NCBI GenBank assembly: GCA_950097015.1
Contig: CATNEN010000001.1
Location: forward strand, 19,034,001-19,098,000
Origin: Macrostomum hystrix
Lineage: Eukaryota; Animalia; Platyhelminthes
Reading direction: 5' to 3'
Length of the DNA stretch: 64,000 nucleotides
How positions within the stretch are numbered: the stretch's first letter is position 1; every line of letters begins with the position of its first letter. A program made the translations under genes and the position numbers. Shown here piece after piece: positions 13,231-24,633 of this stretch. The notes below the pieces were generated by a model. The model was not told the DNA's origin, ran no database searches, and worked only from the letters and a program-made list of their open reading frames with translations.

Positions 13231-14474
13231 GAAACATGTATGCTCTTTTATAATTGGCTCCTTGAGCTTTCCCATTTTTAGTTCTGTAATTCACTGTTGG
13301 TCTGCTCATTCTCACTCTTCTTCAATTGCTTTGCATTTAGTACCCTGCAGCTGCAACTAATTCAGTTCTACAAAAAATTTCCGGTTCGGATGCAATCTGC
13401 CTATACTATGGCTTACATCCCACATGTATACAGATACTTAGTGTTTATTATTTTCTCCCCCTATGCATTCTTTCACACTAATTTTACACAAAATTAATCG
13501 CTCTAAATTAAGCAGCCACAGTCGGAATTATACGTTATACTAAACTGCGCACTAACTAAACTAAACTACGTTATACTATACTAAACAATAAATCAATATT
13601 CATTTTCGTTGACTCTTGCTTATCGAAATTCGAAAGTAGCTTGCTTTGCTAGCTTTTTAAACCCTTTGTGCATGTACGATATACGCCTTATAAATTGAAT
13701 TCCGCAAATGCGGAATTTCCGGATGTGGTCAAAGTGCAAATACAAAGCTCAAAGTACCTATAAACTTTAAAATCTTTGCCGATGGACAAATAGATATGCT
13801 CCAGCTGTATTTTACGCTTCACTTAGCTTGCACTTGATTACACTTCGTGACATTATTCGCACAGTAGCAATAGCGTTTCCATTTTCAATCTGTAAACTAT
13901 GTAACTGGTAAGCAGTAGCTCTAATAATTGTGTTTGGAAAAAAGGGAAATATTTGTAATAATAATTCAAGTGCTAAAAATTAATGCAGTATATCAAGGAA
14001 TAGCTAGAATAGCTACATGAATAAAATTAATATACATAGACATCGCTACCTATAAAGCGATCAATGTGCAAAATTCCCTCAAATGTGCCTTATCGAAAAT
14101 CAAGGTCCCTGTTCACAAATTTTGATTTGTGAACAAATCATTCGGCACATTCATGGGTGTTGCTGACCGGGTGGGGAGCACAGACTAATTAGATAAGGCT
14201 TTACTTCTGGGGGAGACCCATACAGTCTAGGTAGCCACGGTCAAAACTCTAAACATTCTTATCAGTTTTTTATTCTGCCGTTACCTCAGCTCTTTCGGCC
14301 TTGCAAGTTCTGTGACTATGTCAAAGAGCTCTATATGCCAACTGTTCCTAGAAGTCACTTTAATAACAAAGTAGTTTACGACAGAGGATACATAGTTATG
14401 CATATACACGGATGCAAGTTACGCAAAAAAACAAAACGAGTCATAGAAACATGTCTGTCTATCTAGTCTCGCAG

Positions 14475-15029
14475 TCATGGGTTCTTAACAAGAACGTCAC
14501 TGTCAATACTTTTACCAGCCGTGTAGTCGAACGTAAGGTCTGTGCCGGCTGAAACATATTGGGTTGTCACAAAATAAACGACGGGTCGGAGCCCCTGGTC
14601 GATGACAATGAACTTCGCTTTACAGTTGGGAGCAGTAGCAGAATGATTGAGATACCTCCCCAATCCATCGCTGTTGCTGGCGTCAACTACCCATAATTTA
14701 CTGTTAAATTTAAATTCAAATAGAAGCCAGTCAGAGTTGGGTTCAACTTCACGCCTTATCGCTTCCTGCTCGTTCAGCAGGATTCCGGCGAACTCGTCGA
14801 CATACGCACCGGCAGCTAGGTCTATTCTTGCGAAGGCGCCCAGTCCCTTCTCGCCCGCAGGTGCAACGGTGATCGCGGTGTCCGTCTTTCCGTTGATGCC
14901 CAGAACGCGTTCCGTAATATCTTTAGTGGTTGTCGGGGGACGATAATTGATGGTAGACCGGCTGAGCCTCCGAGCCGGCCTCGTCTTAACGGTTGGCACA
15001 GGCTCAGGCTGCGGGGTGTAGTTTAACAT
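14475..15029 (-). CDS. Intronless SET-domain lysine methyltransferase, PR-Set7/SET8 (KMT5A)-like, 184 aa
   Basis: Motifs KGLGAFA, DEFAG, VDAS, GRYLNHS, PNC and DLTFDY. ATG context is AAAACATG, with TATAAAA ~110 bp upstream (15136-15142 on the - strand). Confidence 0.9.
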   Translation of the reverse strand: MLNYTPQPEPVPTVKTRPARRLSRSTINYRPPTTTKDITERVLGINGKTDTAITVAPAGEKGLGAFARIDLAAGAYVDEFAGILLNEQEAIRREVEPNSDWLLFEFKFNSKLWVVDASNSDGLGRYLNHSATAPNCKAKFIVIDQGLRPVVYFVTTQYVSAGTDLTFDYTAGKSIDSDVLVKNP

Positions 15030-15340
15030 GTTTTAATTTGTTTTCTCATCCGTCTAAATCGAAATCTCCCCTTTAGAATCTAAATTCCCCAAAGAGAGAC
15101 AATTACGCAAAGAGAAACTTGGGCTCCTAAATCAATTTTATACAGCCACACCAATCGCTATTAATTGACGTACCTCTAATCCACATACGGCTAGGGCGAT
15201 GCGAAGCGATTGATCCACGCGTAATTCGCCCTCTTCCTCGCTGTCGGTGAAGGACAAATCGACGTTTCAGATGGGTTCAACTTCAGGGACGGCGCGGTTT
15301 TTAGTCTGGAAAATTGTGGTGCATAATTTTAATTTATCAA

Positions 15341-15557
15341 ACCTCTCACTCCACCTCTCACTCTACTTCTCACTCTTCCTCTCACTCTACTTCTCACTCC
15401 ACCTTTCACTCTACCTGTCACTCCACCTTTCACTCTACCTGTCACTCTTCTTCTCACTCTACCTCTCACTCTTTCTCCCACTCCACCTCTCACTCTTCCT
15501 CTCACTCCACCCTTCACTCCACCTCTGACTCTCCCTCTTTCTCCCACTCCACCTCTC
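15341..15557. repeat. 12-bp CTCACTCCACCT-type minisatellite (continues at 19400-19478 after a LINE insertion)
   Basis: Tandem units on both sides of the LINE. Confidence 0.9.
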
Positions 15558-18500
15558 TTGACTTACTTGACTTAGCTGCAGGGGGCATCTTCCCGGATGC
15601 AGCGGGGAGGCGTTGCCGCCCATTCCGCTAGCCCCTGGCGACCACGGGCAACTAAAGCTGCGGTGTCGCGCAGGGGGATCCGGTGGTGCCGGCGTCCGCA
15701 GCGCGGTCCTCCACCGGAGAGTCCAGGAGGTGGAGGGTTGCTCGCCCGGTGGCCCTCAGGTATCGGACGAGCTGGCAGATGTTCTCAGGCCTGAAAACGT
15801 CGGGGAGATCCGGGTTTGGGCCGAGATAGGTGAGCCTGTCCTGAGTGAAGGCGGGGCAGTCGCAAATAAAATGCTCTGCATCCTCAACATAGGAGAGGCA
15901 GAAGGGGCATTCCTCACTGCGGATTTTGCCTTGCAGGAAGCGGTGCCTGGCGAAACAGCCATGGCCAGAGAGGGCCATGGTAACTGCCCTGATGTCCTTG
16001 CGGTTCAGTCCAAGCAAGGCTTTGCGAAGGGCAGTGGAGGGACAAGGGACAGCAGCGCGAGACTGCCGACAATCGGCGGTATTGATCCATCTGTCCTTGT
16101 GCTTTGAGGCCACCCACGGGTTAATCCGAGTGTTGACGACGGCGGTAGGGGTGGAGACCACAGGCACGGGGCCAAAAAGCGAACCCGTCGAACCGGCCTT
16201 GGCGAGGCTGTCGGCCAATTCGTTACCAGGGTGGCCAGAGTGCCCTGGAATCCACCTTAGGGACACCTTGTTGTGGGTCCCTAAGGGGTTGAGTTGCTGC
16301 GCAGTCGAGGACTGTGCGCGAGCAGGTGTGCGTGCGTCCAAGGGCATGGATCGCCGCCTGGCTGTCCGAGTGGAGGAAGATTTCTGCTCCGTGGACGTTT
16401 TGGTTGATCAGCTCCAGGGCGCAGGAGCTGATGGCGAGAACTTCGTTCTGGAAAACGGTAGAGTTTATGCCGGTGTGCTGGGAGAAGGTCGCCACAGTTT
16501 TCCCTCCGGACATAATGCAGTAGCCGAAACCAGAGACCGAGTTGATTTGCGTCGGTGAACGTACTTCCTGGCGAGGCGGAATGCTGGTTTTGAATTTTTG
16601 CGGTGGGCACAGCGTCGACGGGATTCCGTCGGAGAGAATTTTGAGACCTCCTGCTGCGTCCAAGTCCCGTAGGCTGAGGTCACCATGGGGCTGGAGGTTC
16701 CGCTTGCTGAAGGCAAGTTGCTTTCGGATGGAGATGCCCGCGTCCAGAAGACGACGAGCCGTCTTCATCGCCTCCCCCTTGATAAAAAGATCTAAAGGGG
16801 GAAGGTCCAGGAAGGCATTCATGCCAGCGAAGGGAGTGGAGGGTGCCGCACTCATGATGGCTCGACAAGCACGGCCCTGCACCTTGTTTAGGGCCACCAG
16901 GACCCCTTTGGTCTCCAGGGCACTATTCCAGATGAAGCCGGCAAAAGAGATGGCCGGTCTTACAATGGTAGTGTAAATCCACCAAAGACGGCGGGGGGTG
17001 AGGCCCCAGGTAGCGCCGAAGGCTCTGCGGATCTGCGCGAGCGTCGCAAGAGCTTTGCGGGTTTTGAATTTGACGTGAGGTGTCCAGCTCAACCTGTGGT
17101 CGAGGATGACACCTAAGCATCTGGTTTGCTTCTCCATGGCGATGGGTTTGTCATAGAGAAGGAGAGGCTCAATCCTCCAGTTTCGTTTGCTCGTGAACAT
17201 AATGGCGACGGTCTTGGACTCAGAGACTTTGAGGCCGCAGCCATTGGCCCAGCGCTCGGCACGGTGGATGAAAGCTTGCAAAAGGTCTCTAAGGACCGGG
17301 GGAGACGGTCCGGCCACGGTGGCGGTGACGTCGTCAGCATAGCCGATTTTTTGGACCGGGTCCGGGTCAGGGCTGCAGAGCAGCTCGTCCATGACAAGGT
17401 TCCAAAGGATCGGACTGAGAACGCCACCCTGCGGGCCTCCCTTCTGGACATTCACAGAACGGGAGTGGCCAAGCCGGTGCGAGGTGGCAGTTCGGTGAGA
17501 GATCATATACATGATCCAGCGGGTGAGGTGCTCGTACGTAGCCCGGCGTTCCAGGGCTCGCCTAAAGGCTCCGAAAAGCACATTGTCGAAGGCACCATCA
17601 ATGTCGAGGAAAAGCGAGAGAGCAAAACCGGTGCCAAGCACGGCGCGCTCCAGCTTGTCGACAATGACATGCAGAGCACCTTCGATGGAACGTCCAGATC
17701 GAAAAGCGTGCTGGTTGGCGGAGAGCGGGGAGTTCCTCAGCTCAACGTGAAGGAGGCGCCAAAGAACAAGCCTTTCAAGCAGCTTAAGAAAGAAGGATGT
17801 TAAGCTGATGGGGCGGAAGGCTTTGGTGGAGTGGTAGTCTCCCTTCCCAGGTTTGGGGATGAAGACGATAGTGGCTACCTGCCAAGACCTGGGTACGTAC
17901 CCGAGGGTGATACAGGCCTTGAACAGGTTGCAAAGGAGGCCGAGGAACCTGTCATTTTTCACAGGAGGGTTCCTTGCGCCGGAGGGTTCCAAGCGCTGGG
18001 TTCCACCAGGGAGCGGATTTTTTGCCTTTGTAGGCTTTAAGGGGGCAAGAGGTTTCATGAGCTGTCAAGATGGTCATGCTGAGTAGATCAGCCAGATCGT
18101 CCACTTCTTGACAGGTGGCAGGAACAACGGATTCTAACTGGTTGGTCTGGCGCTTCACGGATTCCGCAAAGGCCGTCCAGTCAGTATTCCGGGCGTTCCT
18201 TTTCCACAGAATACCAGGCTTGGAGTAGGAGCTTAGCAACCGGAAACGAATGAAGCGATGGTCAGACAGAGATTCCTCTTCGTCCCACACCTGCCAGTTC
18301 CTAATCAGAGGGATCAGGCCCTGAGAGGCGAGGGTGGCGTCAAGGACCTCCGTCCATCGCCCATTGTCAAAGGTGGGTGTGCCACCCGAGTTGCAGAACT
18401 CAATATCGGTGGTGCAGATGTAGGCAAGGAGATCCTCGCCTCTGCAGTTTGAGGTAACACTGCCCCAGTGGGTGTGGTGGGCATTTATGTCGCCTGCCAC

Positions 18501-19399
18501 CAGCAGCTCAAAGTCGCGGTCTGAGCAGTAGTCCACGAGGGAAGTGAGAGGTCTGGTCTATACCAAGCTTTGAGATCGGTAGTCGCGAACACAGCAGCCC
18601 TGGGGTTTTGGGTCATGAAAAAACTGTCAAAACCTGCAGGAATGTTCGGAATCTTACCTTTCTTCGTCCAGGGCTCTTGGAGGAGGATGATGCCCGGTTT
18701 TTCGAAGTCCACCACACGCGCCAGGTTGGTCGAGGCCGCGATGCAGTGGTGCAGGTTCAGCTGCAGGAAGCTCACCCAGGAGGGGCGGTCCGTGCGGCTA
18801 TCTGCTGGCCTACGGCGAGTTGTTCAGGAGCGATTCCTCGTCCTCGCCGGTGTTTTGCCCGAGCTCCATCGGTTCCTCCTGAATCGGATCCAGAGCTGAG
18901 GCCGGGGCTGCCGCAACAGCGGCGTCCGTATCCTCAGCCCGGTTTTCCGCTGGGGGTTCCGATGAAACATTGGGCCGGGTGATGCTGCGGTGGCGTCCAC
19001 TGTTGGGGTCCGACAGCTGTCTGGCGCGCTGAGTCAGGCCAGTACGGATGGTGTTGCGGGCGGGTTTCCGGCCCTTACCACGTCCGCCTGTCGTTGCGGC
19101 TCGCGCGGCTTTGCCCCTGATAGGGTCCGCATCCTCGGGTGGTCGTGACGACCAGGAGTCTGTGTTCCAGGGCGCAGGGGCCCGGCAGAGCTCTGGTTCG
19201 TCCGTTTCCGCTTTTCCGGGGGCGGCGGGCGAGTGGCGTCGGACTCGAAGCTGAAAATCTGCATTCGAATGAGGCCTGCACTGATGTAGGACATGTCTGG
19301 GCAGCGGAGCATCCAGCTGTCCGACAATCCTAGGATGGCCGTGAAACCGTCTCCACTAGGTCTGGTGATGGTTTCATGAACCACGACACCGTTTGCTGG
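15558..19399 (-). mobile_element. Non-LTR retrotransposon (LOA/Lian-like, APE-RT-RNase H), 5'-truncated in ORF1, frameshifted
   Basis: 13-bp TSD CACTCCACCTCTC (15545-15557, 19400-19412) and a 3' tail TAAGTCAAGTAAGTCAA on the - strand. Confidence 0.9.
15652..18775 (-). pseudogene. LINE ORF2 (APE endonuclease, RT, RNase H, Cys/His motif) broken into four ORFs
   Basis: Motifs [71 protein letters not shown] and CPFC..H..C. Confidence 0.9.
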
Positions 19400-19869
19400 C
19401 ACTCCACCTCTCACTCTTCCTCTCACTCCACCTTTCACTGCACCTCTCACTCTTTCTCTCACACCACCTCTCACCCTACTTAAGTTTAACATAACAGACA
19501 TAGACTGGGCCTACATGCAAGGACTAAACTCTCACTCAACGTCTCAGTGCGTAATAACATGTAAGACGTGACTGAACTGTGCTAGACAATAGTAAAAGAA
19601 TAAAGCAGGTGTAAAAATAGCTGTGAGTTGCTGCTTCTGATGCATCTGATGCACCGCATCTCACCTTACTGAGGGCGATGCGCGCTTCAAACAAATTTTT
19701 AAACTGGGCCCGAATGTGCCCGCACCTTCGCAGTCGGATCTGTTTCTGCTTCTGTGATGACAATGAATCGCAAAAGAATTTCATGTGCGCTGAAAATGAA
19801 TGTCAATGTTAATATTTCGGAGCTTAAAAACTCGCAATTTAACGGCTGCCTAACGAGGTTATAAGCACC

Positions 19870-20210
19870 CCCGGTGTAAAAAGCATCGTCGAAAAGACGT
19901 CTTTTCGACGCCTACGGTCCGATCTAACCCTATGACAGCTCAGCTAAAAAAATCGAGTTAGCTGCTGAAAACGTCTTAAGAGGTCTTGATTTCAGTTATA
20001 AATGCATTTAAAAGATGAAAAAAGGTGTACTTCGTACAGTCCGATTTTAGTCCGAAAATGGCCGACGCGTCGACCGGCTCCAAAATGGTCCGATTTGAGT
20101 CCGAAAAAGGCCGACGAGAAGGACGATGTTCCAAAAAAAATTACTCGTGAGTTAGCTGCTAAAAACGTCTTAAAAGGCCTTGATTTCAGTTCTAAATACA
20201 TTTAAAAGAT
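19870..20210 (+). repeat. Second CACTA-like left end with ~194-bp tandem subterminal repeats (continues at 27858-28090)
   Basis: Begins CCCGGTG, the same 7 nt as 8064. Perfect palindrome at 19887-19910. Repeated GTCCG motifs, with AGTTAGCTGCT..AAACGTC units at ~19956, ~20150 and ~27980. Confidence 0.6.
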
Positions 20211-21936
20211 TTGCATAATTATTAGAATAAACTTTAATCATGACCCCTGGCACACCCAGCTTGTTTTTGCTCGAAATTTATCCCTACCCGGGCCCTAATG
20301 CCCTCGCCCCACATAACGATTAAGACGAAAATCCCTGCGTAATCCGAAATCAGAGTTTGGCCGAATCTAGCCTGTATGAACATTATGTGTGTTAGCGGTC
20401 AATATCATTAAGTTTCATCGTTTCCCTTGCCTAATTTCAGAGACCTCGTGCCGCCGCCTGGCCCTAAGATTACGTTTGCGATCTGTAAGTCGCCGCAGCT
20501 TAATCCCTACAACTTACCCTTACTTAGCCACCGTTTGACATTCCAACCCGTAGGATCCCGTTTGAAAGAAAAACTTCCCGGAGTAAAAAAAACCTGAATC
20601 CCTACATCTGCACCGCCCTCCTACGGCTGCGGCCATAGTTACCTGATTACCATTCCTGATATATTATCCTACTTTATTCTACTGTCCAATTCTCATCCTA
20701 AAAATTCGTTCTCCCGCCACAGCTCTGGAACTGGTGCCCGGCCAAGAGGCGGCCTTCGGCGCCCTGCTGGGCAAATTCTTGATCGGCCCGAGCGGCCTCG
20801 CTATGGCAGCCGGCCTGCTAGCAGCCGCGGGCGTGCTCTGGCTTGCCCACCGGCACTAGCTGAAGCTGAGCAAAGATGGATCTACTGACACCCGACGACG
20901 GAGTGCCTGAACTATTAAGTGCCAGTTTGGTGCTCTTTGTACATAATGTATGCTAGTTTTCTTTTTTCTCCTTTTCTCATCTTTTTTATGGTTAGTGCGA
21001 TGAAAAGAAAAATATATATTCAGGCTGTCCCAATGGTGCGCGATTCTTACACGACCTCTGTCGTTAGATTCTTCCCTTCCTTCTAAAAGAACTTATGCTA
21101 CTCATACTAAGAAGAGCTCCAATTGAAAAGACAACGCGTCACCTGAGCTTGCCCACTAAAGTTCACCTCCTTGCCAATAGTAAGTTTTAATCTGGCCCGA
21201 AAGCATATAACATTATTCTTACTTAGGTGCCCGCAGTTCCATTGACTCATCCCAGTCGTAAACAACCACGTTCCCTGACTAAGTGCCCTTTCATTCTTCC
21301 TGCATTCCCGTGAGAAAAAAAAGACCACTACTTGACAACTCGCTAACCCTCTGAGCCAATGAGAACGCTCCCCTTAAGTCCTATCGTATGCCCGATCGGT
21401 TCCTTGTTTTATGACAAGGCTACCCTTTGTCTTCATCAAACATAGAAGAGCCCAACATACCACCCCGCTCACTTTAGCGGGTTGGTATCCCTCCTAAAAT
21501 AGAAATTGTCCCGAGATGCACCCCACAGACCCACCCGAAGCAAAAAGGATAAAGAAGGGTGCCATTCACAATGTGGTGCGAATAATGCTAAATGTTTGAG
21601 AAGAAGAAGGTGCACTTCCTAGTTTGCTACAATTATTGAAAACATCTCATGCGAAAATCGTACAAGGGGAATTTCACCCCATTACGTATGTTTTTGTGGT
21701 TTTGGCTAGATTATAATAATATTTAGGCAGAATTTTGGCGCCAAGATGGCTTTAATGAAAGAGGAAAACACAACAATACGAGAAAGAGTGCGCGGTGCGA
21801 AAAGTTATTAAAGGGGAGAAGAAAAAGGAAAAGGACAAAGGGGGGGGGGGAAACAGAGGACAGGGGCCTATTGGATAGGGATCCTATTGATACAGTTCTG
21901 CGGTCACCGCCTCAATTGATCCTACCTTGCGTTTTC

Positions 21937-22518
21937 CTACTCTTCTGTTTCCTCCTTGACGGGCGTGCTTTCTGCTGGACCCTCGCTAACTTCTTCACCT
22001 TCCATCTCTCTCACCATGTGGCCGAGCGTGCTGTCCCCGGGCGGTGGCTCTTCGGCGACGCGATGTCCGTGGAGCCATTCACGCCAGTCCGGGTCTGCCG
22101 CTGACCGCAGGGTGATCTCTGGCATCCCGATCCGGCGCATGACCAGCTGGTGCTCCAACTCTTCCTGTCCTGGGATCCTTTTGGCTTGCAGCCAGGACGC
22201 GAGCTCATCGGGGATGGTGATGCTCCAATCCTCTGGCGGGCTGTACTCCATCCACCGCAGGTTCCAAGGGAGGTTTGCTTCGTCTTCTCCCCTAGGCGGC
22301 AGAGGATCCCGCTCCTCGCACCACGCCTGGGCCAGCCACCTAGATTCCGCCAGCTGGCAGGCAAGGGCTAGGTCAACGCCTGCTTGGGCCGCTCGTCCTA
22401 ACATGGGTAACAGCCACAGGCGGACCATCAGCCAGGTCCTCTTCCCTGCCAGTTCGCGGCGATAGTCCGTGACGGCCACTTCTAGCCACCACGCCAGAAC
22501 GGTGCCAAAACTTGCCAT
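21937..22518 (-). CDS. Trp-rich accessory ORF of unknown function (~193 aa from the Met at 22518)
   Basis: Open, GC-rich frame directly 3' of the protease, with a hydrophobic N-terminus and an acidic tail. No recognisable domain. Confidence 0.5.
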   Translation of the reverse strand: MASFGTVLAWWLEVAVTDYRRELAGKRTWLMVRLWLLPMLGRAAQAGVDLALACQLAESRWLAQAWCEERDPLPPRGEDEANLPWNLRWMEYSPPEDWSITIPDELASWLQAKRIPGQEELEHQLVMRRIGMPEITLRSAADPDWREWLHGHRVAEEPPPGDSTLGHMVREMEGEEVSEGPAESTPVKEETEE

Positions 22519-22656
22519 GTCTTCCGCTAGAAATGGAATATCTATCCTAAGAATGAAATGAATGTCTCCCCTACACGCGGCTCTCCCTCTAAATAGTAGC
22601 AAAAAGGGGGGGGTGAAGGGGGGAGAAAAAATGGGAAGGGAGGAAGTTCCTCGACC

Positions 22657-23202
22657 CTAGAGAGCAGGCCTCCGCCTGAGCGAGAAAGGGATGGATTGGC
22701 TGTAGATAATTAGGTTTCGCGAGTCAAAATCGAGAATGGCGTGATGGTGAGCCAACCAGGAAGCGCCTAGCAGGGGAGAGCAGTCGCCCTCGACCACAAG
22801 GAATAGAGTATCCAGTGCTTCGGCGCCAACCTGTAATTTGATTCTGACTTGCGCGAGTGCAACAATTGGTGTGCCATTGTAAGCAATTAGTGAAAATTGA
22901 GGGGGTTCGAATGGGAGCTGTCGGATGATTGATGATAGCGAGTCCGGGAGCACATTGACCATAGATCCAGTGTCGATCAACAGGTCAAGGGGTGTCCCGT
23001 CCACCTCTAAGGCGACCCATACCTCGCTAAGCTTCTCGGAGCGGTTGGGGCGGGTGCGCACTCGGGTGGGGACTCGGCCGAGTGAATTCACTCGGACTTC
23101 GAAGATGGAGGCACTGACGGGGGGGCCTCGATCGCCCGGGCTGCCAGAGGCGCCTCCGGATAACTGAGCTGCCTCCAGTCGGCGGCCCCACTCCCGTTTC
23201 CC
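22657..23202 (-). CDS. Retropepsin aspartic protease, -1 frame relative to gag
   Basis: LLIDTGS and PLLGASWL motifs. Slippery heptamer GGGAAAC at 23196-23202 (- strand). Clean stop at 22657. Confidence 0.88.
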   Translation of the reverse strand, partial: GKREWGRRLEAAQLSGGASGSPGDRGPPVSASIFEVRVNSLGRVPTRVRTRPNRSEKLSEVWVALEVDGTPLDLLIDTGSMVNVLPDSLSSIIRQLPFEPPQFSLIAYNGTPIVALAQVRIKLQVGAEALDTLFLVVEGDCSPLLGASWLAHHHAILDFDSRNLIIYSQSIPFSLRRRPAL

Positions 23203-24164
23203 GAAGCTGCGCCTTCGCGGTGCCTTCGCCGCGCCCACGGCTTCTCCTGCCTGTGGTGCCAGTGGTGTCCTGTGGTGTGCGGACAAGGAGGCAGGACCGG
23301 GGCCGGCTTCGGCTCTCGCAGCTGCCGCGTGACTTCCGCGAGCTGCTCGGTGACTCTGGCCAGCTCCTGTGCCAGCTGTTGCTGATCCTTGCGGACCGCC
23401 TGGATCTCGCTGGAGCATCCCTGCCCCTCATCCGGCTCGGCTCTCACCTGCCGCACTCGGCGACGCGGATCCCGTTCAGCTGCCATCTCAAATGCCTGAG
23501 TGGCGGCGCGCAGCTCGGCAGCGGCCTCCTCCATGGTCGCGAAGTCCAGTCGCATGATCGGGGCCAGTACCTCCGGGGGGGCCGTAATGCCTTCAAGAAA
23601 AGAAGCCAGAAGGGCCTGTTCAAAGGGCGCGCCTCGACCATTAGGATTCACCTGGGTGGCGGCGGACCGCAGGCGGTCGGCGAAGGAGGCGTACGACTCA
23701 TCTCGGGCCTGCTTAAGGTTCCGCCCGCTGAGGAGCCGGGCATAAGACGTACAGGCGCCGCAGAGGGCCTCGGTTAGGTCCTGGACAAATCGCAAGTAAG
23801 TCCCGCAGCGCGGTAGACTCATAGCCTGCGTTAGCGGCTCGCCGCCTAAATGAGCTAGGAGGGTTAGAATTCGTTCCTCCTCGGTCTCTAGGCCCTCGGC
23901 CTCAATCTTGAGGTTGAACCGGCGCAGCCAGCGCGGGAAGGAATCCTTCGGAGAGTCATAAGGCTCAATTGCCACCTTCACCCGGTGATTCCGGGGGCGG
24001 CGCACCTCTAGTCGCTCTAGCAGGGAGGCTAGGCGCTCGACTGGGTCAGCATTTTGGCCTGCTGCGGCCGCAGGCGGTTCGGCGCGCGCTGCAGCTGCAG
24101 CGCGGCCTCTCGGTGGGCGGGCATTGCCAACGGCCTCCACCACCTCATCCTCCTGGTCAGACAT
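23088..24164 (-). CDS. Ty3/Gypsy Gag
   Basis: IEPYD..FPRWLRRF, LAHLGGEP, KQARDESYASFADRL (MHR-like) and FLEGI, then a coiled coil. ATG at 24164. Confidence 0.85.
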   Translation of the reverse strand: MSDQEDEVVEAVGNARPPRGRAAAAARAEPPAAAAGQNADPVERLASLLERLEVRRPRNHRVKVAIEPYDSPKDSFPRWLRRFNLKIEAEGLETEEERILTLLAHLGGEPLTQAMSLPRCGTYLRFVQDLTEALCGACTSYARLLSGRNLKQARDESYASFADRLRSAATQVNPNGRGAPFEQALLASFLEGITAPPEVLAPIMRLDFATMEEAAAELRAATQAFEMAAERDPRRRVRQVRAEPDEGQGCSSEIQAVRKDQQQLAQELARVTEQLAEVTRQLREPKPAPVLPPCPHTTGHHWHHRQEKPWARRRHREGAASGNGSGAADWRQLSYPEAPLAARAIEAPPSVPPSSKSE

Positions 24165-24633
24165 GTTGCCCACAGAGGAAATGAGGATTTTGCGAGTTTG
24201 AGGGGGTGTCGCTAATGCAATAATAAAGTGAGAACGGTAGGCTAAGCGGGATTCTGCACACGACAGAGGCCGTGGCGAACTGAGCAATTGAGAAGCCGGC
24301 TGAGTTGTCGCCTGGCAAAAATCAAAAAAGAAATCCCGGCCCTAATGAACAAACACTGCGATGCAGCGGCCGATAAAGCGAGGAAAAGTAACTGATAGGA
24401 GAGAGAAAGGCCTGGGGCCCTGGCTAGCTCTGCTTCCGGCTCGGCTTCCGACAACTGCATGCGCGCACTCGAAATTGGGACATAGGAGTCTAGGTTTTAA
24501 CCAGCGCTCATTCTGCAACCCTATAGCGAACTGTTACACTACAGGTACGGCGGGCCAGTACTGCCGTAGGCAGCGCCTGCAGCAGCCTATCGCCCTACCT
24601 TGGAAAGTACACGACTTCAATAAGTTACTCAAA

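Noticed and set aside
20713-20859. Antisense hydrophobic peptide (..GLAMAAGLLAAAGVLWLAHRH*) as a mini-envelope or fusogen
   Set aside because: No upstream in-frame ATG or clear splice acceptor; only 18 aa from the Met.
21736-21750. TGGCGCC as a tRNA-Lys PBS of a second LTR element
   Set aside because: Only ~7 nt match and no LTR pair was found.
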